Shown here one piece after another: positions 9,824 through 19,063 of a DNA stretch of 42,384 nt. The position numbers and the translations under genes were made by a program. The DNA is from Desulfurivibrionaceae bacterium (lineage in GTDB: Bacteria; Desulfobacterota; Desulfobulbia; Desulfobulbales; SURF-16): the NCBI GenBank assembly GCA_041562995.1, contig JBFFNX010000003.1, positions 1-42,384 of the forward strand, given 5' to 3'. How positions within the stretch are numbered: the stretch's first letter is position 1; every line of letters begins with the position of its first letter. The notes beneath the pieces were generated by a model that worked only from the letters and a program-made list of their open reading frames with translations, was not told the origin of the DNA and searched no databases.

Positions 9824-9887
9824 GATGGTGTAGTTCAAAAAGATTTAAGTAGCCTTAAGGCTTCTTGAATAGCTTCCTTCCTGAAGC

Positions 9888-9921
9888 AGGCTGGGGCGCG
9901 AAAGCGCCCTGGCCTTTTTTT
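9888..9921 (+). terminator. Rho-independent terminator
   Basis: AGGCTGGGGCGC-GAAA-GCGCCCTGGCCT followed by a T-tract. Confidence 0.85.
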
Positions 9922-9943
9922 ATGCAATAAGAAGAGAGGGCTG

Positions 9944-10429
9944 TTACTTCTGGCGATCCCGCAGCCATTGTTCAATCTCGGCCGGGGTGGGCATCCTGCC
10001 CTGGCAGAGAAGTTCGCCGTTTATCTTTAAGGCCGGTGGGCTGATCACCCCGTGCCGCCAGATCTCATCAAGATCAAAGATCTTTTCAATATCAGCAACC
10101 AGGTTCATGCGCTGTAGGATGTCAAACATGGTGGAGGCCAGCTTGTCGCAAGTCACGCAGCCACTGGCAAAGATGCGAACCTCTAAGACGTCACTGGTCA
10201 GGGCTTGGCCGGATATTCTCCGCTCATACTCTTGCCGCAGGGCCTTGCGGTAGTTGGCTTGGGCGGTGGCCGGTACATAGTTGAGCTTGGCAATGGTGGT
10301 GTAGAGAAATTCCTCGGCCTCAACAGGGCTGAGGTTGTCGGCCATGGCCTTTTGCAGGGCCGGGTCAAGGCCGATAAGGCCCACCGAGGTCTTGCCTATC
10401 TTGAGAAATTTTTGAGAAGGGGTGTCCAT
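9944..10429 (-). CDS. Thioredoxin-family protein (MTH895/redox-active disulfide protein 2-like) with extra N-terminal domain
   Basis: GCVTC CxxC motif and GVISPPALKING...GRMP in the C-terminal half. Confidence 0.85.
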   Translation of the reverse strand: MDTPSQKFLKIGKTSVGLIGLDPALQKAMADNLSPVEAEEFLYTTIAKLNYVPATAQANYRKALRQEYERRISGQALTSDVLEVRIFASGCVTCDKLASTMFDILQRMNLVADIEKIFDLDEIWRHGVISPPALKINGELLCQGRMPTPAEIEQWLRDRQK

Positions 10430-10441
10430 AATGAAAAAAAG

Positions 10442-10534
10442 TTAACCACAAAGGCACAAAGACACAAAGAAAAAAAGATTTTAACCTTTTGTACCCCTCA
10501 AGGGGGGTATTGAAAGGAATGTCTTTGTGGTTAA
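10442..10534. repeat. 93-bp MITE/REP-like element with 15-bp terminal inverted repeats and CACAAAG tandem units
   Basis: TTAACCACAAAGGCA ... TGTCTTTGTGGTTAA; left end has three CACAAAG units at 8-nt period; internal hairpin TACCCC..GGGGTA. Confidence 0.65.
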
Positions 10535-10542
10535 GAAAATGG

Positions 10543-13500
10543 TTAAAATAATTTTAACTGTACGGCTGTTTTTTTATTCTTCTTGGCCGCTGGTGTGTCC
10601 TGCTCCGTGAAGAACTGGGCGGGCAGTTCTTGTAAAAAACGCGAGGGTTCACACTCTGTGCCGTGCCTGCTTTTACTCCTGGTCATAAACAGTTTCTCCT
10701 TGGCCCTGGTCATGGCCACATACAGGAGGCGGCGTTCCTCCTCCAGGTCACTGCCGGTCGAGACATAGGGGCAGATACCTTCTTCAAGGCCGGCAATAAA
10801 TACCACGGGAAACTCCAGGCCCTTGGCGCTGTGCATGGTCATCAGTGACACGGCCTCGGCCCGTTCGTCATAGATTGTGGCCTCAGCATGGCTCAGGAAA
10901 TGATGGGCAACGCTCTCCATGCCCCCCAGGGCCCGGGCAAAGTCTATAAATTTCTTTACCAGAGCATGGTCAAGGTCAAGGCCTAAGAAATGAGCGACCT
11001 GGGCCAGGCCATGGCTGCCGTCGGCCCGGGCGCCTTCTTTATACACAGTCATTATTTCATGGAGGGCTGCTATTTTTTCCATGGCCAGGTGGGGGATCTC
11101 AATATGGGTGAGCTCCTGCCAGATGTCATGGCTGGTTACCGGGATTTTTTGCTCCAGGAGATCAAGGGTGGTGTGACCAATTCCTTTTAAGGCACCCAGC
11201 AACAGGAGGGTGGCGGCGATGTCGGCCTTGCCGGTCACCGCCAGCAGGAAATGGTAGAGGGGTCTTACCTCTGGTTTCATGAAAAAGGGGGTGGCGCCGC
11301 TCTGTTGGAACGGGATGCCGCGGTTTTCCAGTTCGGCCGCCAGGATGGCGGCCTGACGACCCATGCGAAAGAGGATGGCAATATCCTTGAAGGTAAAGTT
11401 GTCTGCCCCCATCTGGTCCACGGTGAGATTGCTGGTGCCGGCCACCAAGTTTTCAATGGTCTGGGCAATGGCCTGGCCCTCCTTCTGGGCATTTTCCAGG
11501 GCCATTTTGTGCAGGGAGCCTGCTTTCTTGTCTTGCGGGGTAAGGACAATGCCGCTGGCCAGGCTATTATGACTGATGAGGGCGGCGGCAGCCTTTAAAA
11601 TCTCAGGCCGGCAGCGATAATTGCTGGTGAGATTAAGCTCGGTGGCCTTGGCCTCCTTGGCAAAGTGAAAGAAAAATTTGAGATCACTGCCGCGAAAGCC
11701 GTAGATGGCCTGGTCTGGGTCGCCAATGGCAAACACCTCTGCCGTGTCTGCCAGGGTCGAGACCAAATCGTACTGGGCCTGATTCACATCTTGGAACTCG
11801 TCAACATAGAGAGCGCCCACCTCGCCGGTGACCAGTTTTCTGAAGTCGGTATCCTGCAGGCAGGCGAGAAAGGTGGGGATAATGGCGTCAAGGTCAATGG
11901 CGACAATTTCCTCAAGATGGCTGAGGTAACACTGGACCTGGGCCGAGGCGGGCAGAATCTGTTTCTTGGTGGCACGAAAATGGAAGTGGCTGATGATCTC
12001 AGCCCTGATCTGACTGCGTTCCTGGTGGTTGAGATTGGCAAAGAGCTGTTTGACAAGAAGTTGCCTGGTTTCGTCACCAATAACCTCAAGGGCGGGCTGG
12101 GCCCGGCGCAGCCAGTGGAGGCAGAAGGTGTGAAAGGTGCCGCTGAAAACGGCCGCCGCCCCATCTCCTGTTCTTGCGAGCAGCCGTTTTTTGATTTCAT
12201 CGGCTGCCTTGTTGGTAAAGGTAATGGCAAAGAGATTCTCCGGCCGCCGCCCCTCTGTGAACAGGCGGGTCATTCTCTCCACCAGGGTGAAGGTCTTGCC
12301 GGTGCCTGGCCCTGCCGAGACGATAATGAGAGGGTCGGGGCTGGTGACTATTTCATGCTGACGGGCATTGAGCTTGGGGCCTTTCTGCCCTGTGCCCGCC
12401 TTATTTTTGGCTGGTAGGGGGGGGAGGTGCTTCGGCTCTACCTTGTTCAGGGCTTTTGGTGCCTTGCGCCCTACCTTTTCAGTGGCAAAGAGACTCTTGG
12501 CCCCGGCCAGTTCGTCGATCTCACCCTCGGCAAAGACGTGGATGATGCCAAACTGGCCGTCGAATCCGGCCTGCCTGATAACCCTTCTTTCCCTGACCCG
12601 TTTAATGGCCTCGCCAAGCAAGGTGGAGTCGTGGCCGATCACATCAATGGGAGTGTCGCGAAGGAGGGTGAATTCCGAACCAAACGTGCCGATGAGCCGG
12701 GCGTATTGTTTTAAGACAGCCTTGCTGCCGGGGCCGACGCCAAGGAGTTCCGAGAGGATCTCCGCCAGGGGAATAAGGCTTTCAAAACCGGGGGCCTGAT
12801 CCGGATAGAGGGGGGTGTTGCGGTCGGCAAGTTCCATGACCCGGTGACTGACCCCGATGGTGAGTGGCTTGCCGCAGACCGGGCAGTTATTGTTATGCGC
12901 CCTGGTGGTGATTGGGTCAAAACAGATGCCGCATTTGCGGTGGCCGTCATGGTGGTATTTGCCCTCTTCCGGATAAAACTCCACGGTGCCGCGAAAGCCC
13001 TGGCTCGGGTCCTTTAAGGCCTGGCGCATGGTGGCAAAGGAGAGTTCGCAGTCAAAAAGGTTTACCTCCCTGCCCAGTTTGGCTGGGGAGTGGCAGTCGG
13101 AGTTTGAGATCAGGGTGAAGCGGTCGAGGGCGGAGATCAGGCGGTTCATGTCCGGATCGGAGGAAAGTCCTGTTTCCAGGGCGAAGATATGGTCGCTTAG
13201 GTCGCCAAAGCATTCCTCGACAGAGTCAAAGCCAGATTTTGAGCCAAAGAGGGAGAACCACGGCGTCCAGATATGGGCCGGGACCAGAAATCCGCCAGGG
13301 ATTTCCTCAAGAACGATTTCCAGGAGGTTACGGCAGTCGAGGCCCAGGATGGGACGGCCATCGGAGTGGATATTGCCGATGGCAGCCAGGCGGGCATTAA
13401 AGGCCCGGGCTGAGTTGAAGTCGGGACAGAAGATGATATTGTGAACCTTGCGGACCTTGCCGTGCCGTTTGTAGATCGAACTGATTTCAGCGGTCAAGGC

Positions 13501-13785
13501 AAAACGGATGTCAAAGGGGGTAGGTGTTGCCCCGGCCAGGGCCTGGGGAACGGCTGGATTTCTGAGGTGAAACAATCCCTGTTCGGCCGGAGCGAGCTGT
13601 TCTTCCAGTTCGGCAAACCAGCCAGGGTGGGTAAAGTCACCGGTGCCGAGGAGGTGGATACCTTTGACCTGGGCCCAGGCCGCCAGGCCAGCCAGATTGG
13701 ATTTTTTGCTGGTGGCCCGGGAATAGGGGGAGTGAATGTGGAGATCGGCGAGAAAATTCACGGCGTTCCTTTTCCTTTTTGACAT
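10543..13785 (-). CDS. Endonuclease Q (PHP domain + Zn finger) fused to a UvrD/PcrA-family SF1 helicase
   Basis: EndoQ motifs DLHIHS, GTGDF, PAHIWTPW, ETGLSSD, SNSDCHS, GKYH, CPVC; helicase motifs AGPGTGKT, TFTNKAA, VDEFQD, GDPDQAIYGFRG, TMHSAKGLEF, EERRLLYVAMTRAK. Confidence 0.92.
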   Translation of the reverse strand: MSKRKRNAVNFLADLHIHSPYSRATSKKSNLAGLAAWAQVKGIHLLGTGDFTHPGWFAELEEQLAPAEQGLFHLRNPAVPQALAGATPTPFDIRFALTAEISSIYKRHGKVRKVHNIIFCPDFNSARAFNARLAAIGNIHSDGRPILGLDCRNLLEIVLEEIPGGFLVPAHIWTPWFSLFGSKSGFDSVEECFGDLSDHIFALETGLSSDPDMNRLISALDRFTLISNSDCHSPAKLGREVNLFDCELSFATMRQALKDPSQGFRGTVEFYPEEGKYHHDGHRKCGICFDPITTRAHNNNCPVCGKPLTIGVSHRVMELADRNTPLYPDQAPGFESLIPLAEILSELLGVGPGSKAVLKQYARLIGTFGSEFTLLRDTPIDVIGHDSTLLGEAIKRVRERRVIRQAGFDGQFGIIHVFAEGEIDELAGAKSLFATEKVGRKAPKALNKVEPKHLPPLPAKNKAGTGQKGPKLNARQHEIVTSPDPLIIVSAGPGTGKTFTLVERMTRLFTEGRRPENLFAITFTNKAADEIKKRLLARTGDGAAAVFSGTFHTFCLHWLRRAQPALEVIGDETRQLLVKQLFANLNHQERSQIRAEIISHFHFRATKKQILPASAQVQCYLSHLEEIVAIDLDAIIPTFLACLQDTDFRKLVTGEVGALYVDEFQDVNQAQYDLVSTLADTAEVFAIGDPDQAIYGFRGSDLKFFFHFAKEAKATELNLTSNYRCRPEILKAAAALISHNSLASGIVLTPQDKKAGSLHKMALENAQKEGQAIAQTIENLVAGTSNLTVDQMGADNFTFKDIAILFRMGRQAAILAAELENRGIPFQQSGATPFFMKPEVRPLYHFLLAVTGKADIAATLLLLGALKGIGHTTLDLLEQKIPVTSHDIWQELTHIEIPHLAMEKIAALHEIMTVYKEGARADGSHGLAQVAHFLGLDLDHALVKKFIDFARALGGMESVAHHFLSHAEATIYDERAEAVSLMTMHSAKGLEFPVVFIAGLEEGICPYVSTGSDLEEERRLLYVAMTRAKEKLFMTRSKSRHGTECEPSRFLQELPAQFFTEQDTPAAKKNKKTAVQLKLF

Positions 13786-14005
13786 TTAAGGGGGGCGTAA
13801 GTATGGTGCATCTTATATGAAAATGGGCAAAAAGGGTAGTCTCTTTGCTCCTGAATTTATGGCCTTTTTTCACGGATTGACCGGATGATTCTGCCCTTTT
13901 TTTGTTGAAGGTATTTAGAAATAGTCTCGGCCTTGTAATATGAAATGTGCTTTCTTCCCTGTGTTCTCTTCAGGCGGAAGTGACAACTGAAAATAAGGTG
14001 TTGGT

Positions 14006-14920
14006 ATGTCAGAAGCGGTTGATGTGTTGATTATGGGTGCTGGACCTGCTGGTCTGCAGGCAGCGGTGCATGCGGTGCGGAAAAAGGCCTCGGTGGTGAT
14101 CATCGGCAGGCCTGAGCGCAGTGCCATTTACCGGGCCCATGTGGAAAATTATCTCTGCGTCAATGGTGTTACCGATGGCCATACGATGATCGAGATCGGA
14201 ATTGCCCAGGCCACCCGCTTTGGCTCCCGCCTGGTTGAGGAAGATGTTCTTCATGTTGAGCCTGCCGATGGTGGATTTCTGGTTCGTTCCGAGGGCAAGA
14301 GCTTTCTTGCCACCAGTATTATTATCGCCATTGGTACCTCCAAGAAAAAACTGCGGGTACCCGGCGAAAATGAGCTGGCTGGCAAGGGGGTCAGCTATTG
14401 CGTGGATTGCGACTGCAATTTCTACCGCAAGGCCAAGGTTGCCGTGGTGGGCAGTGAAAGTGCCGCTGTTGACGGTGCCATCACCCTGACCAAGTATGCC
14501 TCAGAAGTCACCCTTATCTGCAAGAATCTCAGCGTCTCCGATGCCATGCGGCAGCGCCTCTCTGAAAGTTCGGTGGTGGTCAGGCATGAAACCTGGGTCA
14601 AGGAGATTGTCGGTGATACTGCGGTGACAGGCGTTGTCCTGGTGGATGATTCCACCCTGGCGGTGGATGGTGTTTTTATCGAGCTTGGCTCCAAAGGCCC
14701 CATGGAACTGGCCACGGCCATCGGTGTTCAGCTTGATATGGAGACCTTCAGCTATATCGACACCAATAAGAAGATGGAGACCAATATTCCCGGGGTTTAC
14801 GCTGCCGGCGATATTGCCGGTCAGCCCTTCCAGATGGCAAAGGCTGTGGGTGATGGTTGCGTGGCCGGCTGGGAGGCTGCCAACTATGTTAAAAGAGTGA
14901 AGCGTGAGCAGGGGGAATAG
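14006..14920 (+). CDS. Thioredoxin reductase-like FAD-dependent disulfide oxidoreductase
   Basis: GAGPAG, GKGVSYCVDCD redox motif, TNIPGVYAAGD. Confidence 0.9.
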   Translation: MSEAVDVLIMGAGPAGLQAAVHAVRKKASVVIIGRPERSAIYRAHVENYLCVNGVTDGHTMIEIGIAQATRFGSRLVEEDVLHVEPADGGFLVRSEGKSFLATSIIIAIGTSKKKLRVPGENELAGKGVSYCVDCDCNFYRKAKVAVVGSESAAVDGAITLTKYASEVTLICKNLSVSDAMRQRLSESSVVVRHETWVKEIVGDTAVTGVVLVDDSTLAVDGVFIELGSKGPMELATAIGVQLDMETFSYIDTNKKMETNIPGVYAAGDIAGQPFQMAKAVGDGCVAGWEAANYVKRVKREQGE

Positions 14921-15410
14921 TTTCCCCGTGTCCGTGGCGGTGGCCCCTTCTTTGACCAGGGATGAAGCCTTTATGTCCCTCGCCCTGGAGGAGGCAAGGC
15001 AATCGGCCCGGCAGGGCGAAGTGCCCATCGGTGCCGTGTTGGTTGCGGCAGATGGGGAGATACTGGCCCGGGCTGGGAACAGCCCCATCGCCCACCATGA
15101 TCCCACTGCCCATGCCGAAATTTTGGTCCTGCGGGCCGCTGGCCAGAAGGTCGGTAATTACCGGCTGGCTGATTCCACCCTCTATGTAACCTTGGAGCCC
15201 TGCGTTATGTGCGCCGGAGCCCTGGTTCAGGCCCGGGTAAAACGGTTGGTCTATGGGGCAGAGGATCCCAAGGCCGGCGGTATGGTGTCTTGCTATCGGG
15301 TGGGGTGCGATGGCGTGCTGAATCATACCCTTGAGGTGGAGGGTGGTGTCTTGGGTGTTGAAGCGGCGCTTTTGCTTAAAGAATTTTTTCGGGCCAAGCG
15401 ACGAAAATAA
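14904..15410 (+). CDS. tadA: tRNA adenosine(34) deaminase (true start may be GTG 14928 or later)
   Basis: GEVPIGAV, DPTAHAE, TLEPCVMC, LLKEFF motifs. Confidence 0.93.
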   Translation: MSRGNSFPVSVAVAPSLTRDEAFMSLALEEARQSARQGEVPIGAVLVAADGEILARAGNSPIAHHDPTAHAEILVLRAAGQKVGNYRLADSTLYVTLEPCVMCAGALVQARVKRLVYGAEDPKAGGMVSCYRVGCDGVLNHTLEVEGGVLGVEAALLLKEFFRAKRRK

Positions 15411-15567
15411 TCGTGATGGCTTGCCAGGGGCAAGAACCGAGATTATATATTTTGAACAGGTATTTTTTAAAAAAAATGTTCCTGAAAAAAACTCTTCCAA
15501 AAGAAAAGACAACAAGGTACATTGGCGTCCTCGATTTGAGAGGGCTTTTGGCTTTCTCGAGCGATGC

Positions 15568-15655
15568 GGAGAGGTGTCCGAGAGGCCGAAGGAGCACGCC
15601 TGGAAAGTGTGTATAGTGCAAGCTATCGAGGGTTCGAATCCCTCCCTCTCCGCCA
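15568..15655 (+). tRNA. tRNA-Ser(GGA)
   Basis: GGAGAGG acceptor stem, anticodon arm CACGC-CTGGAAA-GTGTG, long variable arm, GGTTCGAATCC, encoded CCA. Confidence 0.96.
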
Positions 15656-15713
15656 TATTTGACCCATTTTTTACCAGCTAGGTTAGTTAAAGGCTGGTAA
15701 AATGCATTCTTTT

Positions 15714-15815
15714 GATAGCCGGGTCCTGTGCAACGAAGGCTCGTGAACCCCGTCAGATCCGGAAGGAAGCAGCGGTAGCGATCACCTTTGTGTGCCGCAG
15801 GGGTGCCTGGCTATC
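15714..15815 (+). ncRNA. ffs: Signal recognition particle 4.5S RNA
   Basis: Conserved TCAGATCCGGAAGGAAGCAGC domain; terminal stem GATAGCCGGG/CCTGGCTATC; located upstream of dnaX. Confidence 0.95.
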
Positions 15816-15840
15816 TTTTTTTGTATCTCAAGACTCTCCT

Positions 15841-17691
15841 ATGTCCTACTTAGTCCTCGCCAGGAAATGGCGCCCACAAACATTCCATGACGTCGTTGGC
15901 CAGCAGCCCGTGGTGCGGACATTGCTGAACGCCATACGTCGAAAACGGGTGGCCCATGCCATGCTGTTTTCCGGGGTGCGCGGGGTCGGCAAGACCACCC
16001 TGGCCAGGATAATGGCCAAGGCCCTTAACTGCGAGTCTACAGATCCTGATGTTCCTTGCAACGTCTGCAAGTCCTGCCAGGAAATTACGGCTGGTAACGC
16101 CGTAGATTTGAAGGAAATTGACGGCGCCTCCAACCGTGGCATCCAGGAGATCCGCGAACTCAAAGAAAATATCCGTTTTTTCCCAACCACGGGCCGTTTT
16201 AAGATTGTCATCATTGATGAGGTTCACATGCTCACCAACGAGGCCTTCAATGCCCTTTTGAAGACCTTGGAGGAACCGCCGGAGCATGTCTATTTCATGT
16301 TTGCCACCACCGAGCTTCACAAGGTGCCCATCACCATCCTGTCGCGCTGTCAGCGTTATGAATTGAAAAGGGTGGGCTTTGACACCCTGAGTCAATTCTT
16401 TGCCAAAATCGCCAAGTCGGAACAGGTCGGTATTTCTCCGGCAGCTCTGGAAATGATCGTTCGGGAGGCCGACGGCAGTGTGCGTGACGGCCTGAGTCTC
16501 CTAGATCAGATGTTCTCCTTTGCCGGTGAGGATGAGTCTGGCGCCGTGCAGGTCAAGGACGAGGATGTTGTCCAGGTTCTCGGCCTTGTCGATCGTCAGG
16601 TCTTTGTGACCCTGGCCCGGGCAATCATGGCTGGTGACCTGGCCCGCTGTCTTGAGATTCTGGAAGAGACCTATCTTCTTGGCGTGGATCTTAAGAGGTT
16701 CAGCGATGATCTTCTTGAGTTTTTCCGGGCCCTGATGGTTTGTAAGACAAGCCGGGAGCCTGGCCGTTTGATTGATGTGGCGGCCCACGATATAGACGCC
16801 ATGATGGAACTGGCCGCTGCCACCAGTAAGGAGAGCCTTTACCAGTTTTTTCAGGTTTTCATGCAGGGCGCTGAAGAGTTACGCCATGCCAGCCAGCCTC
16901 GCTTAACCCTGGAGATGACCTTTGTCCGGGCCAGCCAAGTAGGGCAGGTGATGCCGGCTTCTGAACTAGCCATACGTCTTGATAAGCTCATTGCGGCCAG
17001 TGGCGGCGTTGTTCCTGTTCATCACGGCCAGGTGCCAGCACAAAAAAAAACTGAAAATATTGACTTGTCTTTCCGGGGCAGTGAGCAGCCCGGAGGTCAT
17101 CAGAAGAGGGAGTTGAGAGAGCCGGAACAGGAATTTTCCCGTTCCGAAAACCCTGATCCCCACGCCGCAACTAGTACCCCACTCCCAACCCCAGAGAAGG
17201 TTCAAGACGATGTGTCCCCGCAGGGAAGTGCTGCCCATGAGCCTCGACCTGCCACGGGTCAGAATGGTGTGGCAAAAACTAAAACCGACAAGGTCGTGGT
17301 TGAGGTCCATCAGCGCGATGTGGTCCGCGATTGGGAAAGTTTTATCCTCTATGTTAAGGAACGCAAGCCGTGGATGGCCCAGACCCTCCGTCTTTGCGAC
17401 AATCCCCATCTTGAGGGGGATAAATTGCTCTTTCGTTTTGACAATCCAGCCGATTGTACCCTGTTGTCCGAGCGTGATAACCTCAAGGCCCTCACCACCT
17501 TTGCCCAGGATTTTTTTCAGGCCGAGCTTTGTCTGGATGTCTGTTCCATGGCAGGTCAGATAAACGAGGGGGATGGAACCAGCCCTCGTGAGGAGCGGCG
17601 GGCCCTGACCGCTGATCCTCTGGTGCAGATGGTGACGGAGATTTTTGACGGCAAGGTGGTGGGGATACGCACCGGTCCGAAGTTCAGATAA
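15841..17691 (+). CDS. dnaX: DNA polymerase III subunit gamma/tau
   Basis: MSYLVLARKWRPQ start, GVRGVGKT, Zn cysteines, IIDEVHML, SRC; start corrected from 15712 because that extension overlaps the SRP RNA. Confidence 0.97.
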   Translation: MSYLVLARKWRPQTFHDVVGQQPVVRTLLNAIRRKRVAHAMLFSGVRGVGKTTLARIMAKALNCESTDPDVPCNVCKSCQEITAGNAVDLKEIDGASNRGIQEIRELKENIRFFPTTGRFKIVIIDEVHMLTNEAFNALLKTLEEPPEHVYFMFATTELHKVPITILSRCQRYELKRVGFDTLSQFFAKIAKSEQVGISPAALEMIVREADGSVRDGLSLLDQMFSFAGEDESGAVQVKDEDVVQVLGLVDRQVFVTLARAIMAGDLARCLEILEETYLLGVDLKRFSDDLLEFFRALMVCKTSREPGRLIDVAAHDIDAMMELAAATSKESLYQFFQVFMQGAEELRHASQPRLTLEMTFVRASQVGQVMPASELAIRLDKLIAASGGVVPVHHGQVPAQKKTENIDLSFRGSEQPGGHQKRELREPEQEFSRSENPDPHAATSTPLPTPEKVQDDVSPQGSAAHEPRPATGQNGVAKTKTDKVVVEVHQRDVVRDWESFILYVKERKPWMAQTLRLCDNPHLEGDKLLFRFDNPADCTLLSERDNLKALTTFAQDFFQAELCLDVCSMAGQINEGDGTSPREERRALTADPLVQMVTEIFDGKVVGIRTGPKFR

Positions 17692-17771
17692 ATAGGGGCG
17701 CGAGATAAAGGGGTTATTTTTTTTATCCTTCACAATTCATCTTTCATCCTTTCAATAACGGAGTTTTCAAT

Positions 17772-18089
17772 ATGGACATGAGCGCAATTATGCAGCAGGC
17801 CCAGCAGTTTCAGCAGAAAATGGCGGCAATGCAGGAGGAGCTGGCCGATAAGACGGTCAGTGCTTCTGTGGGCGGTGGCATGGTGACCGCAGTTGTCAAT
17901 GGCAGGCATGAGGTGGTCTCCATCGTAATTGATAAAGAGGTCATAACCCCCGAAGATCCAGGCATGCTCCAGGATCTGGTGGTGGCTGCTGTTAATGAGG
18001 CCATGAAACAGGCCAAGGAAATGATCCAGGCCGAGATGACCAAGCTCACCGGTGGGCTTGGTATTGATATCCCCAATATGTTCGGGTGA
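17772..18089 (+). CDS. ybaB: YbaB/EbfC nucleoid-associated protein
   Basis: QAQQFQ, GGGMVTAVVNG, LQDLVVAAVNEA; dnaX-ybaB-recR synteny. Confidence 0.95.
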   Translation: MDMSAIMQQAQQFQQKMAAMQEELADKTVSASVGGGMVTAVVNGRHEVVSIVIDKEVITPEDPGMLQDLVVAAVNEAMKQAKEMIQAEMTKLTGGLGIDIPNMFG

Positions 18090-18241
18090 GAAAAATAGAA
18101 TTTGAGGAGTTAAGAACTTGAGAAGTAAGTAATATGAAGGGTTCTTTGTAAAGACAAGTACCTTCTTCTCAAATTGGCAACTTCTGCGAGCTTTTTCCCG
18201 CCGAGCCTTGGCAAGAATTGACAAATAAAAAATACCCGCCT

Positions 18242-18841
18242 ATGAACGTTGTCCCCCCGGCCCTTGATAAACTGATATCTGATTTTAAGAGGCTCCCCGG
18301 CATTGGTCAGAAGACCGCAACCCGGTTGGCTCTTCATCTCCTGCGTCGTCCAGCTGAAGAGGCTAGGGGGCTGGCTCGAGACCTTGCGGGTCTCCATGAT
18401 GCCATTACGCTCTGTTCTAACTGTTTTGCCTTTTCCGAGCACGATCCCTGTGATATCTGTGGGGACAGTCGCCGTGATCCAGCCATGGTCTGTGTGGTTG
18501 AAGCGTCTGGCGATTTGATGGCCATTGAAAAGACAGGGGCCTTTAAGGGTAAATACCATATCCTGCACGGGGTATTGTCCCCCATGGACGGTATCGGACC
18601 GGGCGAGATCAAGATTGATGCCCTGATTCAGCGGGTCCGCAGTCAAAAGGTCCAGGAGGTTCTTATTGCCACCAGTTCCACCGTGCCAGGCGAGGCCACG
18701 GCCGCCTATCTCAGTAACCGCCTCCAGGACTGCGGGGTGAAGGTGACGCGTCTGGCCTGCGGTATTCCCATGGGGATGGATATCAAATATGCCGACGAAC
18801 TTACCCTGAGTCGGGCCATTGAGGCCCGAAAAAAGGCGTAA
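18242..18841 (+). CDS. recR: Recombination mediator RecR
   Basis: LPGIGQKTA HhH motif, C4 Zn finger, Toprim domain, YADELTL; ATG 18242 preferred over TTG 18218. Confidence 0.96.
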   Translation: MNVVPPALDKLISDFKRLPGIGQKTATRLALHLLRRPAEEARGLARDLAGLHDAITLCSNCFAFSEHDPCDICGDSRRDPAMVCVVEASGDLMAIEKTGAFKGKYHILHGVLSPMDGIGPGEIKIDALIQRVRSQKVQEVLIATSSTVPGEATAAYLSNRLQDCGVKVTRLACGIPMGMDIKYADELTLSRAIEARKKA

Positions 18842-18981
18842 TATCAGGGTGGCAGAACCCTTGCTATTCGTGTTGAAAATAGCCTTTTCTCATTGACAGG
18901 AGTGCGCAGAGCTGGTAATTAATTCTGCGTTTTTCATAAAACTATCACCGTCTTCATTGATGGTGCTCGCATATGTTTCGT

Positions 18982-19056
18982 AGACTCGTAGCTCAGTGGG
19001 AGAGCACTACACTGACACTGTAGGGGTCGGCGGTTCAATCCCGCCCGGGTCTACCA
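18982..19056 (+). tRNA. tRNA-Val(GAC)
   Basis: AGACTCG/CGGGTCT acceptor stem, CTACA-CTGACAC-TGTAG anticodon arm, GGTTCAATCC, CCA. Confidence 0.96.
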
Positions 19057-19063
19057 TTTTTAT

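Noticed and set aside
14889-15656. 255-aa minus-strand ORF starting MAEREGFEPS
   Set aside because: Antisense shadow of tRNA-Ser and tadA, a well-known spurious translation
15712-15840. N-terminal extension of DnaX in the ORF track
   Set aside because: Overlaps the SRP RNA; the conserved DnaX N-terminus begins at ATG 15841
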